64,000 nt of DNA, taken from contig OZ255721.1 in assembly GCA_965277285.1 (NCBI GenBank), positions 1,952,001-2,016,000 of the forward strand, read 5' to 3'. Position 1 is the stretch's first letter. Each line of letters opens with the position of its first letter. The notes under the pieces were generated by a model. That model saw only the letters and a list, made by a program, of their open reading frames with translations. It was not told the DNA's origin and ran no database searches. The position numbers were made by a program, and so were the translations under genes. Below are positions 1 through 10,058 of the stretch, one piece after another. This DNA is from Abditibacteriaceae bacterium (GTDB lineage Bacteria > Armatimonadota > Abditibacteriia > Abditibacteriales > Abditibacteriaceae).

Positions 1-1711
1 GGGCATGATGCTGATGTGCGATTTCCCCAACTTTGGTGAAGGCGGCGACACGCCTTTGGGCAGAGAGCGTTTCGAGACGATGATGAAGAAAGCGATTGAA
101 CGCGACTGGAATCATCCTTCGATTGTCGCGTGGTGCTTGTTCAACGAAACGTGGGGTTTTGGTGGTCAAGTCGAATTGGTCAAACTTTTCCCTGGTGCCA
201 AACCCGAAGATGAATCGAGTACTCGAAACGAAGAATCGCCAGCGGCGCCCGACAGTAGCGCACCTAACAGCGATGCGCCCAAAGTCGTGCTGGTGGAAAC
301 CGAGCACAGCGAGCCGACCAAATTGGACAACAAAAGCTCGCACGAATGGGTGCAAAGCGTGTGGGAACTGGCGAAAACCCTCGATTCGACGCGCCTGATC
401 GAAGACATGAGCGTCGTTTATTGGGATCATTTGGATTATTACGGGCACGGCGACACCGACATCAACTCGTGGCATTTTTATATCGACGATTACGAGCGCG
501 CCCGCGAGCACATCGAAAAAATCGCGTCCGATACATTCAAAGGCTCGACTTTCAATCAGGTCGAAGGTTTTGCGCAAGGTCGCCAGCCTCTCATCAATTC
601 GGAATATGGCGGCGTCGGCGCCCTTGATGGCAACCGCGACATCAGTTGGAGTTTTCGTTTTCTGACCAACGAATTGCGGCGTCAGGGCAAAATCTGCGCG
701 TATATTTTCACCGAACTGCACGATGTCGAATGGGAATACAACGGTTTTCTGCGTTATGACAGAACCCAAAAAGAGTTTGGCTACGACCCGACCGAAGTGA
801 ACGCCGCCAACGTTTTGCCGATTGATGCGGCGCCGATTTCGCGCCACAATTGCGGAGATCGAGTACTCGTTCCGGTTGCGTCGTCGCATTATGCGCGGCG
901 GCGGCGCCACGATGTTTCCTTGCGCTGGCGCTTGAGTGGCATGGACGCGCTTGGCCACATTCACGCCGATCTGCAAAGCGGCACCACGCCGATTGCCTTT
1001 CCTCACTGGCAAGTCGCGCCCGCCGCCACGCTCGATTTGCAGTTGCCAGAAACGCCGATGCTGTGCGGTTTATTGGTTGAGGCGATTTCGCCGTTCGGGG
1101 AAACCATCGCCACCAATCGCGTCAGTTTTCTCGTCGCCGATGATTATCCACCGGCGCGCGAGAATTTGGAAGGCACGACGATTTTGCGCGGCGCGACAGC
1201 GGATTGGGCGGTTTCCAACTGGCCGGACGGGCAAGTGGATCGTGACGTGGCGCGCGCCGAAAACCTGTGCTGGGCGCGCGGCAAAGGTTTTTTCGAGTGG
1301 AGCTTGCCGCTTGAAGGCGCCAATTTGCACTACGCCAAGCGCATTCGAGTACTCGTTGAAGCCTCTTCGCACCGCGACGATCAAGCGCAAACCGACTGCG
1401 TGCGCAAGCCGTCCACGTTGCGCGTTTTGCTGAACGATTTGCGCGTGCATCAGGCGAATCTGGCGAACCATCCTTTCGATGCGCGCGGCGTTTTGAGTTA
1501 TCTGCGCGGCGGAAAAGGCGCTTACGGTTACCTGGCGAACGCGACGATTGAAGGCAATTTGCTGCACCACATCGCCGACAATGTGCGCGACGACCATCTG
1601 CGACTGCGCTTGGAAGTCCCGCCCGACGCTGCTTTTCCCGGCGGATTGACGATTTACGGCGCCGAATGCGGACGTTACCCTTTGCCGCCAACCGTTGTGG
1701 TGGAATGGTAA
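1..1711 (+). CDS. Glycoside hydrolase family 2 protein (5'-truncated by window edge)
   Basis: GH2 TIM-barrel motifs RDWNHPSIVAWCLFNETWG (acid/base NE) and PLINSEYGG (nucleophile). Confidence 0.85.
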   Translation, partial: GMMLMCDFPNFGEGGDTPLGRERFETMMKKAIERDWNHPSIVAWCLFNETWGFGGQVELVKLFPGAKPEDESSTRNEESPAAPDSSAPNSDAPKVVLVETEHSEPTKLDNKSSHEWVQSVWELAKTLDSTRLIEDMSVVYWDHLDYYGHGDTDINSWHFYIDDYERAREHIEKIASDTFKGSTFNQVEGFAQGRQPLINSEYGGVGALDGNRDISWSFRFLTNELRRQGKICAYIFTELHDVEWEYNGFLRYDRTQKEFGYDPTEVNAANVLPIDAAPISRHNCGDRVLVPVASSHYARRRRHDVSLRWRLSGMDALGHIHADLQSGTTPIAFPHWQVAPAATLDLQLPETPMLCGLLVEAISPFGETIATNRVSFLVADDYPPARENLEGTTILRGATADWAVSNWPDGQVDRDVARAENLCWARGKGFFEWSLPLEGANLHYAKRIRVLVEASSHRDDQAQTDCVRKPSTLRVLLNDLRVHQANLANHPFDARGVLSYLRGGKGAYGYLANATIEGNLLHHIADNVRDDHLRLRLEVPPDAAFPGGLTIYGAECGRYPLPPTVVVEW

Positions 1712-2072
1712 GTTTTGGTCTTCGGTCTTTGATATTGGAGTTTCGAGTACTCGATGTTTGAACGAAACGCCGGATGTAGTAAATGCAGGACTTTTACGTA
1801 CTCCAACTGAAGTGCCGAAGCCGCGACACTTGGCTTATATCGTCCAGCAAATTGCCAATCTTTTTCGGCTTATTGAATGCCTTTGCGGTATTACTCTGCA
1901 TTTTTGACATTGCACCGCAAATAGTTCTGCGGACAACACGCAAAGCGACCGCAATTCGAGTACTCGATACTCCAAGTTTCATCTACTATTGTTGCAATTT
2001 TAGAGAATGCAGCAATTACGCGGTAGAATAAATAGTTGTGCCGCTGCGAGTACTCGATGGTAATCCAAAGCA

Positions 2073-2105
2073 CAAAAGCACACCCAAATCCGGGTGTGCT
2101 TTTGA
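2073..2105. terminator. Probable bidirectional intrinsic terminator
   Basis: CAAAAGCACACCC-aaatcc-GGGTGTGCTTTTG hairpin with A/T tracts on both sides, downstream of the DJ-1 gene. Confidence 0.7.
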
Positions 2106-2135
2106 TGGGGCAGCAATAGAGCGATGCAGTTCCGA

Positions 2136-2825
2136 TTAGGCTGCGGCCTTATCGAGTTGCTCGAGCAGGACTTTCGCCGCCGGGCCTGACGACTTGGGGT
2201 TCTGTCCCGTAATCAGGCGACCGTCGCTGACGACGTAAGGCGCCATGTCGGCGCCTTTGGAATAAAGGCCACCCTTGGACTTAAGTTCGTCTTCGAGCAG
2301 GAAGGGCACGACCTTGGTCAAGCCCATGCTCGCTTCCTCGGTGTTGGTGAACCCTGTGACCTTCTTGCCCTCGACCAGCGGCTTGCCGTCCGGCGTCATC
2401 ACATGGCGCAGCGCACCCGGCGCGTGACAAACGAGCGCGACCGGCTTGCCAGCCGCCAGAAAGGATTCGATCAGCTTGACAGAATTCGCGTCTTCGGCCA
2501 AATCCCACATCGGGCCATGACCGCCCGGATAAAAGACCGTGTCGAAGTCCGCCTGCGAAACGCTGTCCAGGCGCAGCGTCGAAGCCAGTTGCGCCTTCGC
2601 GGTTGGATCGGCCTCGAAGCGGCGGGTCTGATCGGTTTGGAAATCCGGTTCGCTGCTCTTGGGATCGAGCGGCGGCTGGCCTCCTTTGGGCGAGGCCAGC
2701 GTGATCTGCGCACCGGCGTCCTTGAACGCGTAATAAGGCGCGGCGAATTCTTCGAGCCAGAAGCCCGTCTTTTTCCCGGTGTTGCCGAGTTCGTCATGCG
2801 ACGTGAGTACCATTAAAATCTTCAT
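2136..2825 (-). CDS. DJ-1/PfpI family (type 1 glutamine amidotransferase-like) protein
   Basis: KTGFWLEEFAAPYY, FYPGGHGPMWDL, VCHAP and ITGQNP motifs. Confidence 0.92.
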   Translation of the reverse strand: MKILMVLTSHDELGNTGKKTGFWLEEFAAPYYAFKDAGAQITLASPKGGQPPLDPKSSEPDFQTDQTRRFEADPTAKAQLASTLRLDSVSQADFDTVFYPGGHGPMWDLAEDANSVKLIESFLAAGKPVALVCHAPGALRHVMTPDGKPLVEGKKVTGFTNTEEASMGLTKVVPFLLEDELKSKGGLYSKGADMAPYVVSDGRLITGQNPKSSGPAAKVLLEQLDKAAA

Positions 2826-2855
2826 CTTGTTTCTCCTGAGTTAAGTTTTTTGCTT

Positions 2856-3704
2856 CTACTGCGCAGCAGGCGTTTCAGGCTTCATGTCCATCGAGTTCTG
2901 GATTTCTTTCGGACGAGTGCCCAGACCGTCCTTCATTTTCTTGCTCCACACGGCCTCAATGTTGTGCTTGGTTTCGTCCAGCATCGACTTCGGCTCCAGA
3001 TTGCGGAACGTCTCGACTTCGCCTGCGGCCACTGCCGTGAGCGTCGCATAAACCGGTTCGGGGTCGAACTGCGAGCGCGGAAACGAGAGCTTCGAGTACT
3101 CGTAGAGCCGCTCTGACGGCTCGTCGTCCCAACTCTGCCAAGTTTGGAAGCCGCGATCATTGAAGCCGGTCAGGAAGGGGCCGGGATTGACCGTCGCCAC
3201 CTCGACGCCGAACTCTTGCAACTCCAAACTCATGGTCTGAGCAATCGCTTCAATCGCGTGCTTGGAGGCCGAGTAAATGCCAGTGAACGGGTTGACGTTG
3301 AGGCCTTCGCGCGAAGACACCCAGACGATGCGCCCCTGGCCGCGCTTTGCCATCTGCTTGGCGATGCCTTGCGTCAGCAACAACGGCCCGACGACATTCA
3401 CCTCGAATTCGTGGCGTATGTTCGCGCCGGGAATGTCGACGACCGACCCGCCTTCGAGCATTCCGGCGTTGTTCACCAAAATCTCGACGTTCCAGCCCAG
3501 TGCTTTTTTGCGGTCGCCCGCGTCGGTGACATCGAGCTTCTCGACCCGCAAAGCGACGCCGCGCGACGCCGCTTCCCGCTTCATGGGTTGCACCTGGGCG
3601 TAAATCTCGACGCCAGCGATGACCTCAAATCCCTTTGCGGCGAGTCGAAACGCCGCTTCCTGGCCGAATCCTGTTCCGGCGCCGGTGATGAGTACAGTTT
3701 TCAT
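2856..3704 (-). CDS. Short-chain dehydrogenase/reductase
   Basis: TGAGTGFG, NNAG and YSASK motifs. Start placed at MKTVLITG. Confidence 0.9.
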   Translation of the reverse strand: MKTVLITGAGTGFGQEAAFRLAAKGFEVIAGVEIYAQVQPMKREAASRGVALRVEKLDVTDAGDRKKALGWNVEILVNNAGMLEGGSVVDIPGANIRHEFEVNVVGPLLLTQGIAKQMAKRGQGRIVWVSSREGLNVNPFTGIYSASKHAIEAIAQTMSLELQEFGVEVATVNPGPFLTGFNDRGFQTWQSWDDEPSERLYEYSKLSFPRSQFDPEPVYATLTAVAAGEVETFRNLEPKSMLDETKHNIEAVWSKKMKDGLGTRPKEIQNSMDMKPETPAAQ

Positions 3705-3859
3705 GGTGTTTTCCACTTGCACATCGTGCCTTGCCTTAACACGCGATGACTCGCGCTTTCGTCTCCTGGTTTCAGTGTGCATTGTTGGTTTCAACTTGGG
3801 AAGAATGCACTTTAAAGTGCTATACTACCTTTTTAGATACCCCGAAAGGAGCAAGCACC

Positions 3860-4228
3860 ATGAGAACAACAGTCACGCGATGCGCCGCCGAGAGGACTTT
3901 GCAACTGGTGGCGGGGCGCTGGAAGATCATCATTTTGCACCGGCTTCTCGACGAAACGCTGCGCTTCGCCGAGTTGCAGCGCGTCATCAACGCGCTCACG
4001 AGCAGCGGCATCACGGCCAAGATGCTCACGCAGGAACTGCGTCAAATGGAAGCCGACGGCCTGGTTTTGCGCCAGGTCTACGCGCAGGTGCCGCCCAAAG
4101 TCGAGTACTCGCTGACGCCGCTTGGCGCCAGCCTGCGCCCGGTCGTCAAAGCGATGGAAGCATGGGGACACGCGCATGAGCACGAAGTCGCTGAACAGCA
4201 GCGATGCGCGTCGGTCGAGACTTCCTGA
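3860..4228 (+). CDS. HxlR family winged-helix transcriptional regulator
   Basis: GRWKIIIL...ITAKMLTQELRQME...VPPKVEYSLT. AAGGAG SD upstream; divergent from the SDR gene. Confidence 0.92.
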   Translation: MRTTVTRCAAERTLQLVAGRWKIIILHRLLDETLRFAELQRVINALTSSGITAKMLTQELRQMEADGLVLRQVYAQVPPKVEYSLTPLGASLRPVVKAMEAWGHAHEHEVAEQQRCASVETS

Positions 4229-4263
4229 CTGTCACGTCGAGAAACGACGCGACAATACGGTCT

Positions 4264-4349
4264 CAGCAAAAGCAGCGCGGCACCTACCGCCGAAAGCGGA
4301 GCGAGGAACGAGCGAAGCTGTAGGCGGCGGGTGAGCTTAGTCGTTGTGC
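4264..4349 (+). repeat. attC-like site 1 (left end degenerate)
   Basis: Ends GGCGGCGGGTGAGCTTAGTCGTTGTGC, the same L'/R' end as the other three copies. Confidence 0.65.
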
Positions 4350-4389
4350 TGCGGCGCGCGGCTTGGTCAGGCGCGTTACACTTGAAAAT

Positions 4390-5023
4390 ATGAATTCACA
4401 AAACGAACCTCAATGGCTTGAGTGGGCAAAACGAATTCAGGCTATTTCGCAAACCGGCCTCGCCTACGGAAAAGACCCTTATGATCTTGAACGCTATGAA
4501 GCCATGCGCTAGATTGCCGCTGAAATCATGGCTGCTGGTTCAGATGCTCCGCTCGAAAAAATTGTCGGTTTGTTTTCAGAGCAATCCGGTTACGCAACGC
4601 CCAAAGTGGATACGCGCGGCGTTGTATTTCGAGATGGGGCTTTGCTGATGGTCAAGGAATTAGAAGATGGCCGCTGGACTCTTCCGGGTGGTTGGGCTGA
4701 TATTTTGGAATCGCTACGCGAAGCGGTCGAGCGTGAAGTTTTTGAGGAATCGGGTTTTCGAACACGCGCAGTCAAATTGCTGGCTGTTTTCGACCGCAGC
4801 AAACATCCTCACGAGCCGCCGTATCCGTATCATATTTATAAATTGTTTATGCAAATGCGACATTGTTGGCGGGGCAGCTTCGTTAAGTCAAGAAACAGGG
4901 GGTGCAGAATTCTTTCACGAAAATGCGCTTCCTCCATTATCGCTTTCGCGCGTTACGCCAAACCAAATCAAACGGTTGTTTGAACATCATCGTCAGCCAG
5001 ACTTACCGACTGACTTCGATTAA
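4390..5023 (+). pseudogene. NUDIX hydrolase pseudogene (Nudix_N + NUDIX), gene cassette
   Basis: ATG 4390 reads [36 protein letters not shown]. In-frame TAG at 4510, Nudix box LPGGWADILESLREAVEREVFEESG, then a frameshift near 4850; the C-terminus (...LSLSRVTPNQIKRLFEH...PTDFD) is in another frame. Confidence 0.85.
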
Positions 5024-5038
5024 AATTCCCCAACATCC

Positions 5039-5134
5039 GCCTAACAAGGCGCTGCACTCGACCACCTACAGCCTACGCTCGTTCCGCGCTGCAGTCTCTA
5101 CGCTTTCGGCGGCGGGTGAGCTTGGTCGTTGTAT
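5039..5134 (+). repeat. attC-like site 2
   Basis: GCCTAAC-AAGGCGCTGCA...GCGGGTGAGCTTGGTC-GTTGTAT, directly after a gene stop. Confidence 0.8.
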
Positions 5135-5214
5135 TGTTTGCGCGCGGCGTTGCGAAAAGTTCAAACGCTGTACATACAATTGCATCGAAGATCGAAGGTA
5201 GAATAAGGACTATC

Positions 5215-5496
5215 ATGGAACCAATTTTAATTATCGGTACTATCGGTCTTATTGTAGGTGCCATAATTCTCTCGGTCACCTCGATACCATCTTTGCTGTC
5301 TTCAAGACGGATAATGCGGAGTGCCGAGGAAAGTATACAGAGAAGCAAGATGGTCACCGAATACAACTTAGAAATGTCAAAGCGTAATTTAGAGTTGGCG
5401 GAGCAAACGCTGGAAGTCAGAAAGGAACTTTTACAAACACAAAAAGAGGCTAATTCTCTTCTACGCGAACTCATCTCAAAGATTGAACAGAAATAG
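5215..5496 (+). CDS. Small membrane-anchored coiled-coil hypothetical protein (cassette)
   Basis: AAGGA SD, N-terminal hydrophobic helix, AT-rich, located between attC-like sites. Confidence 0.65.
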   Translation: MEPILIIGTIGLIVGAIILSVTSIPSLLSSRRIMRSAEESIQRSKMVTEYNLEMSKRNLELAEQTLEVRKELLQTQKEANSLLRELISKIEQK

Positions 5497-5621
5497 CTAC
5501 AAATCATGGAACTAACTCAAGTTGCTACCTAATCAGTGCCTGCGAGTGAACTCGCGGCTCGGGTGCCCTTTGAGCAGGTGCTCCCGCCGGGTATGGTAGC
5601 AACTTGGTTAACTAACAAACA

Positions 5622-5679
5622 GCACAACAAGGCGCTACACCGCACGGGTTGCAGTCACAGGTGAGCTTAATCGTTATGT
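5622..5679 (+). repeat. attC-like site 3 (short)
   Basis: GCACAAC-AAGGCGCTACA...GGTGAGCTTAATC-GTTATGT. Confidence 0.75.
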
Positions 5680-5740
5680 CGCAGCCCGCGGCTTTTACCA
5701 TGCGCTATTTTTACCATGCGCTATAATTTCAAGTGGCTCT

Positions 5741-6253
5741 ATGCTCTATATTTTCGGAGGATTGCCTGGGACAGGAAAATCAACACTCGCAGCCGCTCTT
5801 GCCCGCCGCAGTAATGCTGTCTATCTTCGGATCGACATTATCGAACAGGCTGTGAGGGATTCGGGCTTGAGTGGGGGTGGGCCGGTTGGTTACATTGTGG
5901 GTTACAAGCTGGCATCAGAGAATCTTCGTTTGGGTGCGGACGTTGTTGTGGATTCTGTCAATCCCATTAGCATCACGCGCACGGCTTGGCAGAATGTCGC
6001 GGCGCAAGCAAAAGTCCCTTATATCGAAATTGAGATAGCCTGCTCCAATTTACAGGAACATCGTAACCGCGTCGAATCACGCCAATCGGATATTTCCGGT
6101 CACAGATTACCTACTTGGAACGAGGTTGCAGAACTGCAATACGAGCAATGGAATACCGACCATATAGTACTCGATACCGCTGGACATTCAACCAATGAAA
6201 GCATTTCACATCTCTTCAATGCGGTGGACAAATTGTGCATAAATCGTAATTAA
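5741..6253 (+). CDS. AAA_33-type P-loop kinase/ATPase (cassette)
   Basis: GGLPGTGKST Walker A, YLRIDIIEQ and VVVDSVNP motifs. Confidence 0.85.
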   Translation: MLYIFGGLPGTGKSTLAAALARRSNAVYLRIDIIEQAVRDSGLSGGGPVGYIVGYKLASENLRLGADVVVDSVNPISITRTAWQNVAAQAKVPYIEIEIACSNLQEHRNRVESRQSDISGHRLPTWNEVAELQYEQWNTDHIVLDTAGHSTNESISHLFNAVDKLCINRN

Positions 6254-6310
6254 AACCAAATAACAGCAAGATGACGAGGCGCGTGCGTGGTTGCGTGTCA
6301 TAATGTTTTC

Positions 6311-6616
6311 ATGCCTCAAGAACCAGAAGCAAAGACGACTCAAAAACGGCCACATTGGTCGTCCATCAGGTTTAATGGCTGCTTTAATGGCTGCGGCACA
6401 GGTTGTTGCTTGGGCGCAGTGAGCGCACCGTTTTTATTCTTCTTGTCCTTGGAAGTTTTATATCGTGTTGCAGGCGACTTCGATGCTGAAGGTGTTCCGT
6501 TTTTCTTGATTATGTCCGTGCTGGTTGGCGGCATTGTTGGCTCAATCGCTTATCCCATTCTCCGAACTGCCGGCCTGCTCCTCATCGCCAAAATCAAGAA
6601 CAGGTTAAAGCGTTAA
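6311..6616 (+). CDS. Small membrane hypothetical protein (cassette)
   Basis: ORF with two hydrophobic segments, followed by an attC-like site. Confidence 0.6.
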   Translation: MPQEPEAKTTQKRPHWSSIRFNGCFNGCGTGCCLGAVSAPFLFFLSLEVLYRVAGDFDAEGVPFFLIMSVLVGGIVGSIAYPILRTAGLLLIAKIKNRLKR

Positions 6617-6648
6617 TAAATGCACCATATCAAAGCTGATTAACAGCA

Positions 6649-6740
6649 GGACGGCAAGGCGCTGAGTCCGACCACCTGCAGCCCTGCGCTTTGGTCGTTC
6701 CTCTTGTCGCTCCAGCGTCGGGTGAACTTGGTCGTTGTGT
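6649..6740 (+). repeat. attC-like site 4 (degenerate)
   Basis: CAAGGCGCTGAGTCCGACCACCTGCAGCC...GGGTGAACTTGGTC-GTTGTGT, homologous to site 2. Confidence 0.7.
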
Positions 6741-6843
6741 GAATATTGGCGTCTTATTGATGCTCTGAAAAAAGGAAAAAATGCGGCCACGTCTCATTTT
6801 TTCCTTTTTCTCTACGGTTCATTCATTGATATAATTCAATGCT

Positions 6844-9798
6844 ATGAATCTAAAAAGCATTGTCCATTGGTCTGCCGTTCCGTTGCTTGCAGCGCTTGCA
6901 ATTCCGGCCAGCGCGCAAACTTACGCTTATCAGAACCCGCAGGCGCCGCTTGAAACGCGCGTTTCCGATTTGATGAGTCGCTTGACGAGCGACGAGAAAA
7001 TCTCGCTGCTGTCTGGAACTGGGTTCACCACGCAACCCATTGCGCGCTTGAACATTCCCGCGATGGGAATGGCCGATGCCGGACAGGGCGTGCGCGGCGG
7101 CATGGACTCTACGCTTGGGCCGGCAACGGCATTTCCCTCCGGCGTGGCGATGGCTTCGACGTGGAATCCTGCTCTTATCGGGCGCGTGGGCGCTGCCATT
7201 GGAATCGAAGCGCAGAACAAAGGCACCGGCGTTCAAGTCATGCTTGGCCCCGCCGTCAACATTCAGCGTTCGCCGCTGGGCGGACGCAACGGCGAGTATT
7301 TTTCCGAAGACCCGTTTTTGGCCGGAAAGTTGGCCGTGTCCTATATTCGCGGCATGCAAGGCACCGGAACCGTTGCGTGCATCAAACACTTTGCTGCCAA
7401 TAACGAAGAAGCCGACCGCTTCACCGTCAATGTTTTGGTTTCCGAACGAGCGTTGCGCGAAATCTATCTGCCCGCTTTTGAAGCCGGAGTGAAAGACGGC
7501 GGCGTGTGGACGGTGATGTCGTCCTATAACTTGGTGAACGGGCAACATTCCTCGGCGAACCCGTATTTGTTGACCGATGTTTTGAAACGCGGCTGGGGTT
7601 TCAACGGCATGGTAATGTCGGATTGGGGCGGCGTTCACGAAACGGCTCGCGTTATCAACGCCGGCAACGATCTCGAAATGCCAGGCGGCAGCTTTCTGGC
7701 GCCCGCCAAAGTTCAGGACGCCCTCGCGCGCGGCCTTACGACTCAAGCGCAAATCGACCAGAACGTGCGGCGCATCGTGCGCACGATTTTGCGTTCCAGC
7801 ATGATGAACAGTCCGAAAACACCCAATCCCGCGCTTGTCAACTCCGCCGCCAGCCGCGAAGTCGCGCTGCAAGCGGCACAAGAAGGTATCGTGTTGCTCA
7901 AGAACGAGCGCCAAACCTTGCCGCTGAATGCTTCCAAAATCCGCTCGATTGCCCTGATTGGCCCTGCCGCACGAGAAATGCAAATCGGTGCGGCGGGCAG
8001 CCCGGGCGTAGACCCATTGCGTTCGGTCGGGCCGCTCGAAGGTCTTCAAAGTCGCGTTGGCGCGGGCGTGCAGATTCGCGTTGCGACCGGCGATGCCAGC
8101 GGAACCGCCTTCCCATCGAGTACTCTCATGGCGCCTGGCACGAGCAACGCGGGCTTTAGCGCCGAATATTTTACCAACAAAAACCTTGATGGCACGCCAA
8201 CTGTTCGACGCACCGATGCGCAAATCAATTTCACGCGCGGGCCTGAAGGGGTCGGCCCGGACAACTGGAGCGCACGCTGGACAACGGTTCTCACGCCGCG
8301 CACCAGCGGCACGACGACGTTTTTCTTTCGCGCCGATGACGGTTGCCGCTTGTTCCTCGACGACAAACAAATCATCGACCACTGGCAGGACAGCGGCGCC
8401 AACACGCAAACTGCGAGCGTGCAACTTCAGGCGGGACGAAAATATCAACTGCGCGCCGAGTACTATCAAGGTGGCGGCGGCGCGGTCGCTCAACTGACCT
8501 GGGCGGAACCGGGCGCCCGGCCATACGCCGATGTCATTGACCTGGCGCGCAGCAGCGATGTCGCCATCGTGTGCGTCACGACGCGCGGCACCGAAGGCGA
8601 AGGTCAGGATCGACCTTCGATGGCGTTGCCCGACAATCAAGACGAACTGATCCGTCAGGTCGTAGCGGCCAATCCGAAAACCATCGTGGTGTTGAACAAT
8701 GGCACTCCCGTTTCAATGCCTTGGTTGGCTTCAGTTCCGGCGTTGGTCGAAGCGTGGTTTCCCGGACAGGAAGGTGGACGCGCTCTGGCGGCGGTTTTTT
8801 TTGGCGACGTGAATCCGTCCGGCCATTTGCCAACGACGCTGGGCGCGCGACGCGAAGATTATCCCGACTACCCGAACTTTCCGGGTGATGGTCGTAATGT
8901 TCGCTATGCAGAAGGCATTTACGTCGGTTATCGCGGCTTTGACAAGCGCCAGATTCAGCCGCTGTTCCCGTTCGGTTACGGCCTGAGTTACACGACGTTT
9001 CGTTTGTCGAATTTGCAGTTGTCGTCACCCACTTTAGTTTCAGGTGGACGTGTAACGGCGAATGTGCGAGTGACCAACACCGGCCAGCGCGCCGGAGCGC
9101 AAGTCGTGCAGCTTTATGTGTGCGACCCCAATCCCAAAATCGACAAGCCCGTGCGCGAGTTGAAGGGTTTTGCCAAAGTCTTTTTGCAGGCTGGCCAAAG
9201 CCAAAACGTGTCACTGCAACTTTCGCCGCGAGACTTTGCGTGGTGCGATGTAAGAGCCAAAGGTTGGCGCGCCAATGCGGGAACCTATCAAATCGAGATC
9301 GGCGATTCGTCGCGCAACTTGACGCAACGCGCCACGGTTCGCCTGGCGGATTATTTCGAGCCAATTCCCTTTATGCGCGACGACGTGCCGTTGCCCACAC
9401 CGGAAACGGCTCCCGACCTGGCGTTTGGAAAAAGGGCGTTCGCTTCGTCGCAGCAAGAGCAAAACAAGCCCGAATTCGCCTTTGACAACAACCTGGAAAC
9501 GCGCTGGGGCAGCGATTTTCTCGACAATCAATGGCTCGCCGTCGACTTGGGTGCAACACAGAAAATCGGGCGCGTTTCCCTCACCTGGGAAGACGCCTAT
9601 GCCAGCGAATATCGAATCGAAGTCTCGGGCGATGGCCAAAATTGGCGCTCGGTTTACAGCACGACGCAAGGTCAGGGCGGCGACGAAGACATTTCTTTTG
9701 CGCCCGTTCAAGCGCGTTTTGTGCGCGTGTTCTGCGTCAAGCGCGCTACCACCTTTGGCTCGTCACTGCGCGAGTTCCATGTCCGCGCCCCCAAATAA
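6844..9798 (+). CDS. Secreted GH3 beta-glucosidase-family protein with PA14, Fn3-like and F5/8 type C (CBM32) domains
   Basis: Signal peptide; GRNGEYFSEDP, IKHFAAN, VMSDWG and FPFGYGLSYT motifs; ADDG PA14 insert; C-terminal QWLAVDLG. Confidence 0.93.
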   Translation: MNLKSIVHWSAVPLLAALAIPASAQTYAYQNPQAPLETRVSDLMSRLTSDEKISLLSGTGFTTQPIARLNIPAMGMADAGQGVRGGMDSTLGPATAFPSGVAMASTWNPALIGRVGAAIGIEAQNKGTGVQVMLGPAVNIQRSPLGGRNGEYFSEDPFLAGKLAVSYIRGMQGTGTVACIKHFAANNEEADRFTVNVLVSERALREIYLPAFEAGVKDGGVWTVMSSYNLVNGQHSSANPYLLTDVLKRGWGFNGMVMSDWGGVHETARVINAGNDLEMPGGSFLAPAKVQDALARGLTTQAQIDQNVRRIVRTILRSSMMNSPKTPNPALVNSAASREVALQAAQEGIVLLKNERQTLPLNASKIRSIALIGPAAREMQIGAAGSPGVDPLRSVGPLEGLQSRVGAGVQIRVATGDASGTAFPSSTLMAPGTSNAGFSAEYFTNKNLDGTPTVRRTDAQINFTRGPEGVGPDNWSARWTTVLTPRTSGTTTFFFRADDGCRLFLDDKQIIDHWQDSGANTQTASVQLQAGRKYQLRAEYYQGGGGAVAQLTWAEPGARPYADVIDLARSSDVAIVCVTTRGTEGEGQDRPSMALPDNQDELIRQVVAANPKTIVVLNNGTPVSMPWLASVPALVEAWFPGQEGGRALAAVFFGDVNPSGHLPTTLGARREDYPDYPNFPGDGRNVRYAEGIYVGYRGFDKRQIQPLFPFGYGLSYTTFRLSNLQLSSPTLVSGGRVTANVRVTNTGQRAGAQVVQLYVCDPNPKIDKPVRELKGFAKVFLQAGQSQNVSLQLSPRDFAWCDVRAKGWRANAGTYQIEIGDSSRNLTQRATVRLADYFEPIPFMRDDVPLPTPETAPDLAFGKRAFASSQQEQNKPEFAFDNNLETRWGSDFLDNQWLAVDLGATQKIGRVSLTWEDAYASEYRIEVSGDGQNWRSVYSTTQGQGGDEDISFAPVQARFVRVFCVKRATTFGSSLREFHVRAPK

Positions 9799-9808
9799 GT
9801 CACCAAAA

Positions 9809-9853
9809 AGCGACACGCTTGCCATGTTTTGAGTGCATGGCAAGCGTGTCGCT
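9809..9853. terminator. 18-bp-stem hairpin after the GH3 gene
   Basis: AGCGACACGCTTGCCATG-N9-CATGGCAAGCGTGTCGCT. Confidence 0.55.
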
Positions 9854-10058
9854 CAGGTATCGAGTACTCGATACGTCACGTTTTGATGCGCGTAGCAAGA
9901 TGCGTTTGTGTTGGAAGTTGGTAGTGGCTCAACAAGGCACTATGCCCGACTTTTAAAACTTACGCTTGTGGATCGCTCGGTCTGTTAGCGCCGGATAAAA
10001 TCAGGTAGCATGAAGCGTGTGTTTTGGCGGAAGGATTTCGCGCGTGAAAAGGTAATCA

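Noticed and set aside
1712..2072. Short ORFs between GH2 and the terminator
   Set aside because: Overlapping 60-82 aa candidates with no motif or SD support; the region holds three palindrome copies and may be non-coding.
4101..4111. Palindrome core in the HxlR gene
   Set aside because: It encodes the family-conserved VEYSL motif, so on its own it is not evidence for the DNA signal.
6850..8640. 596-aa minus-strand ORF
   Set aside because: Antisense shadow of the GH3 gene.
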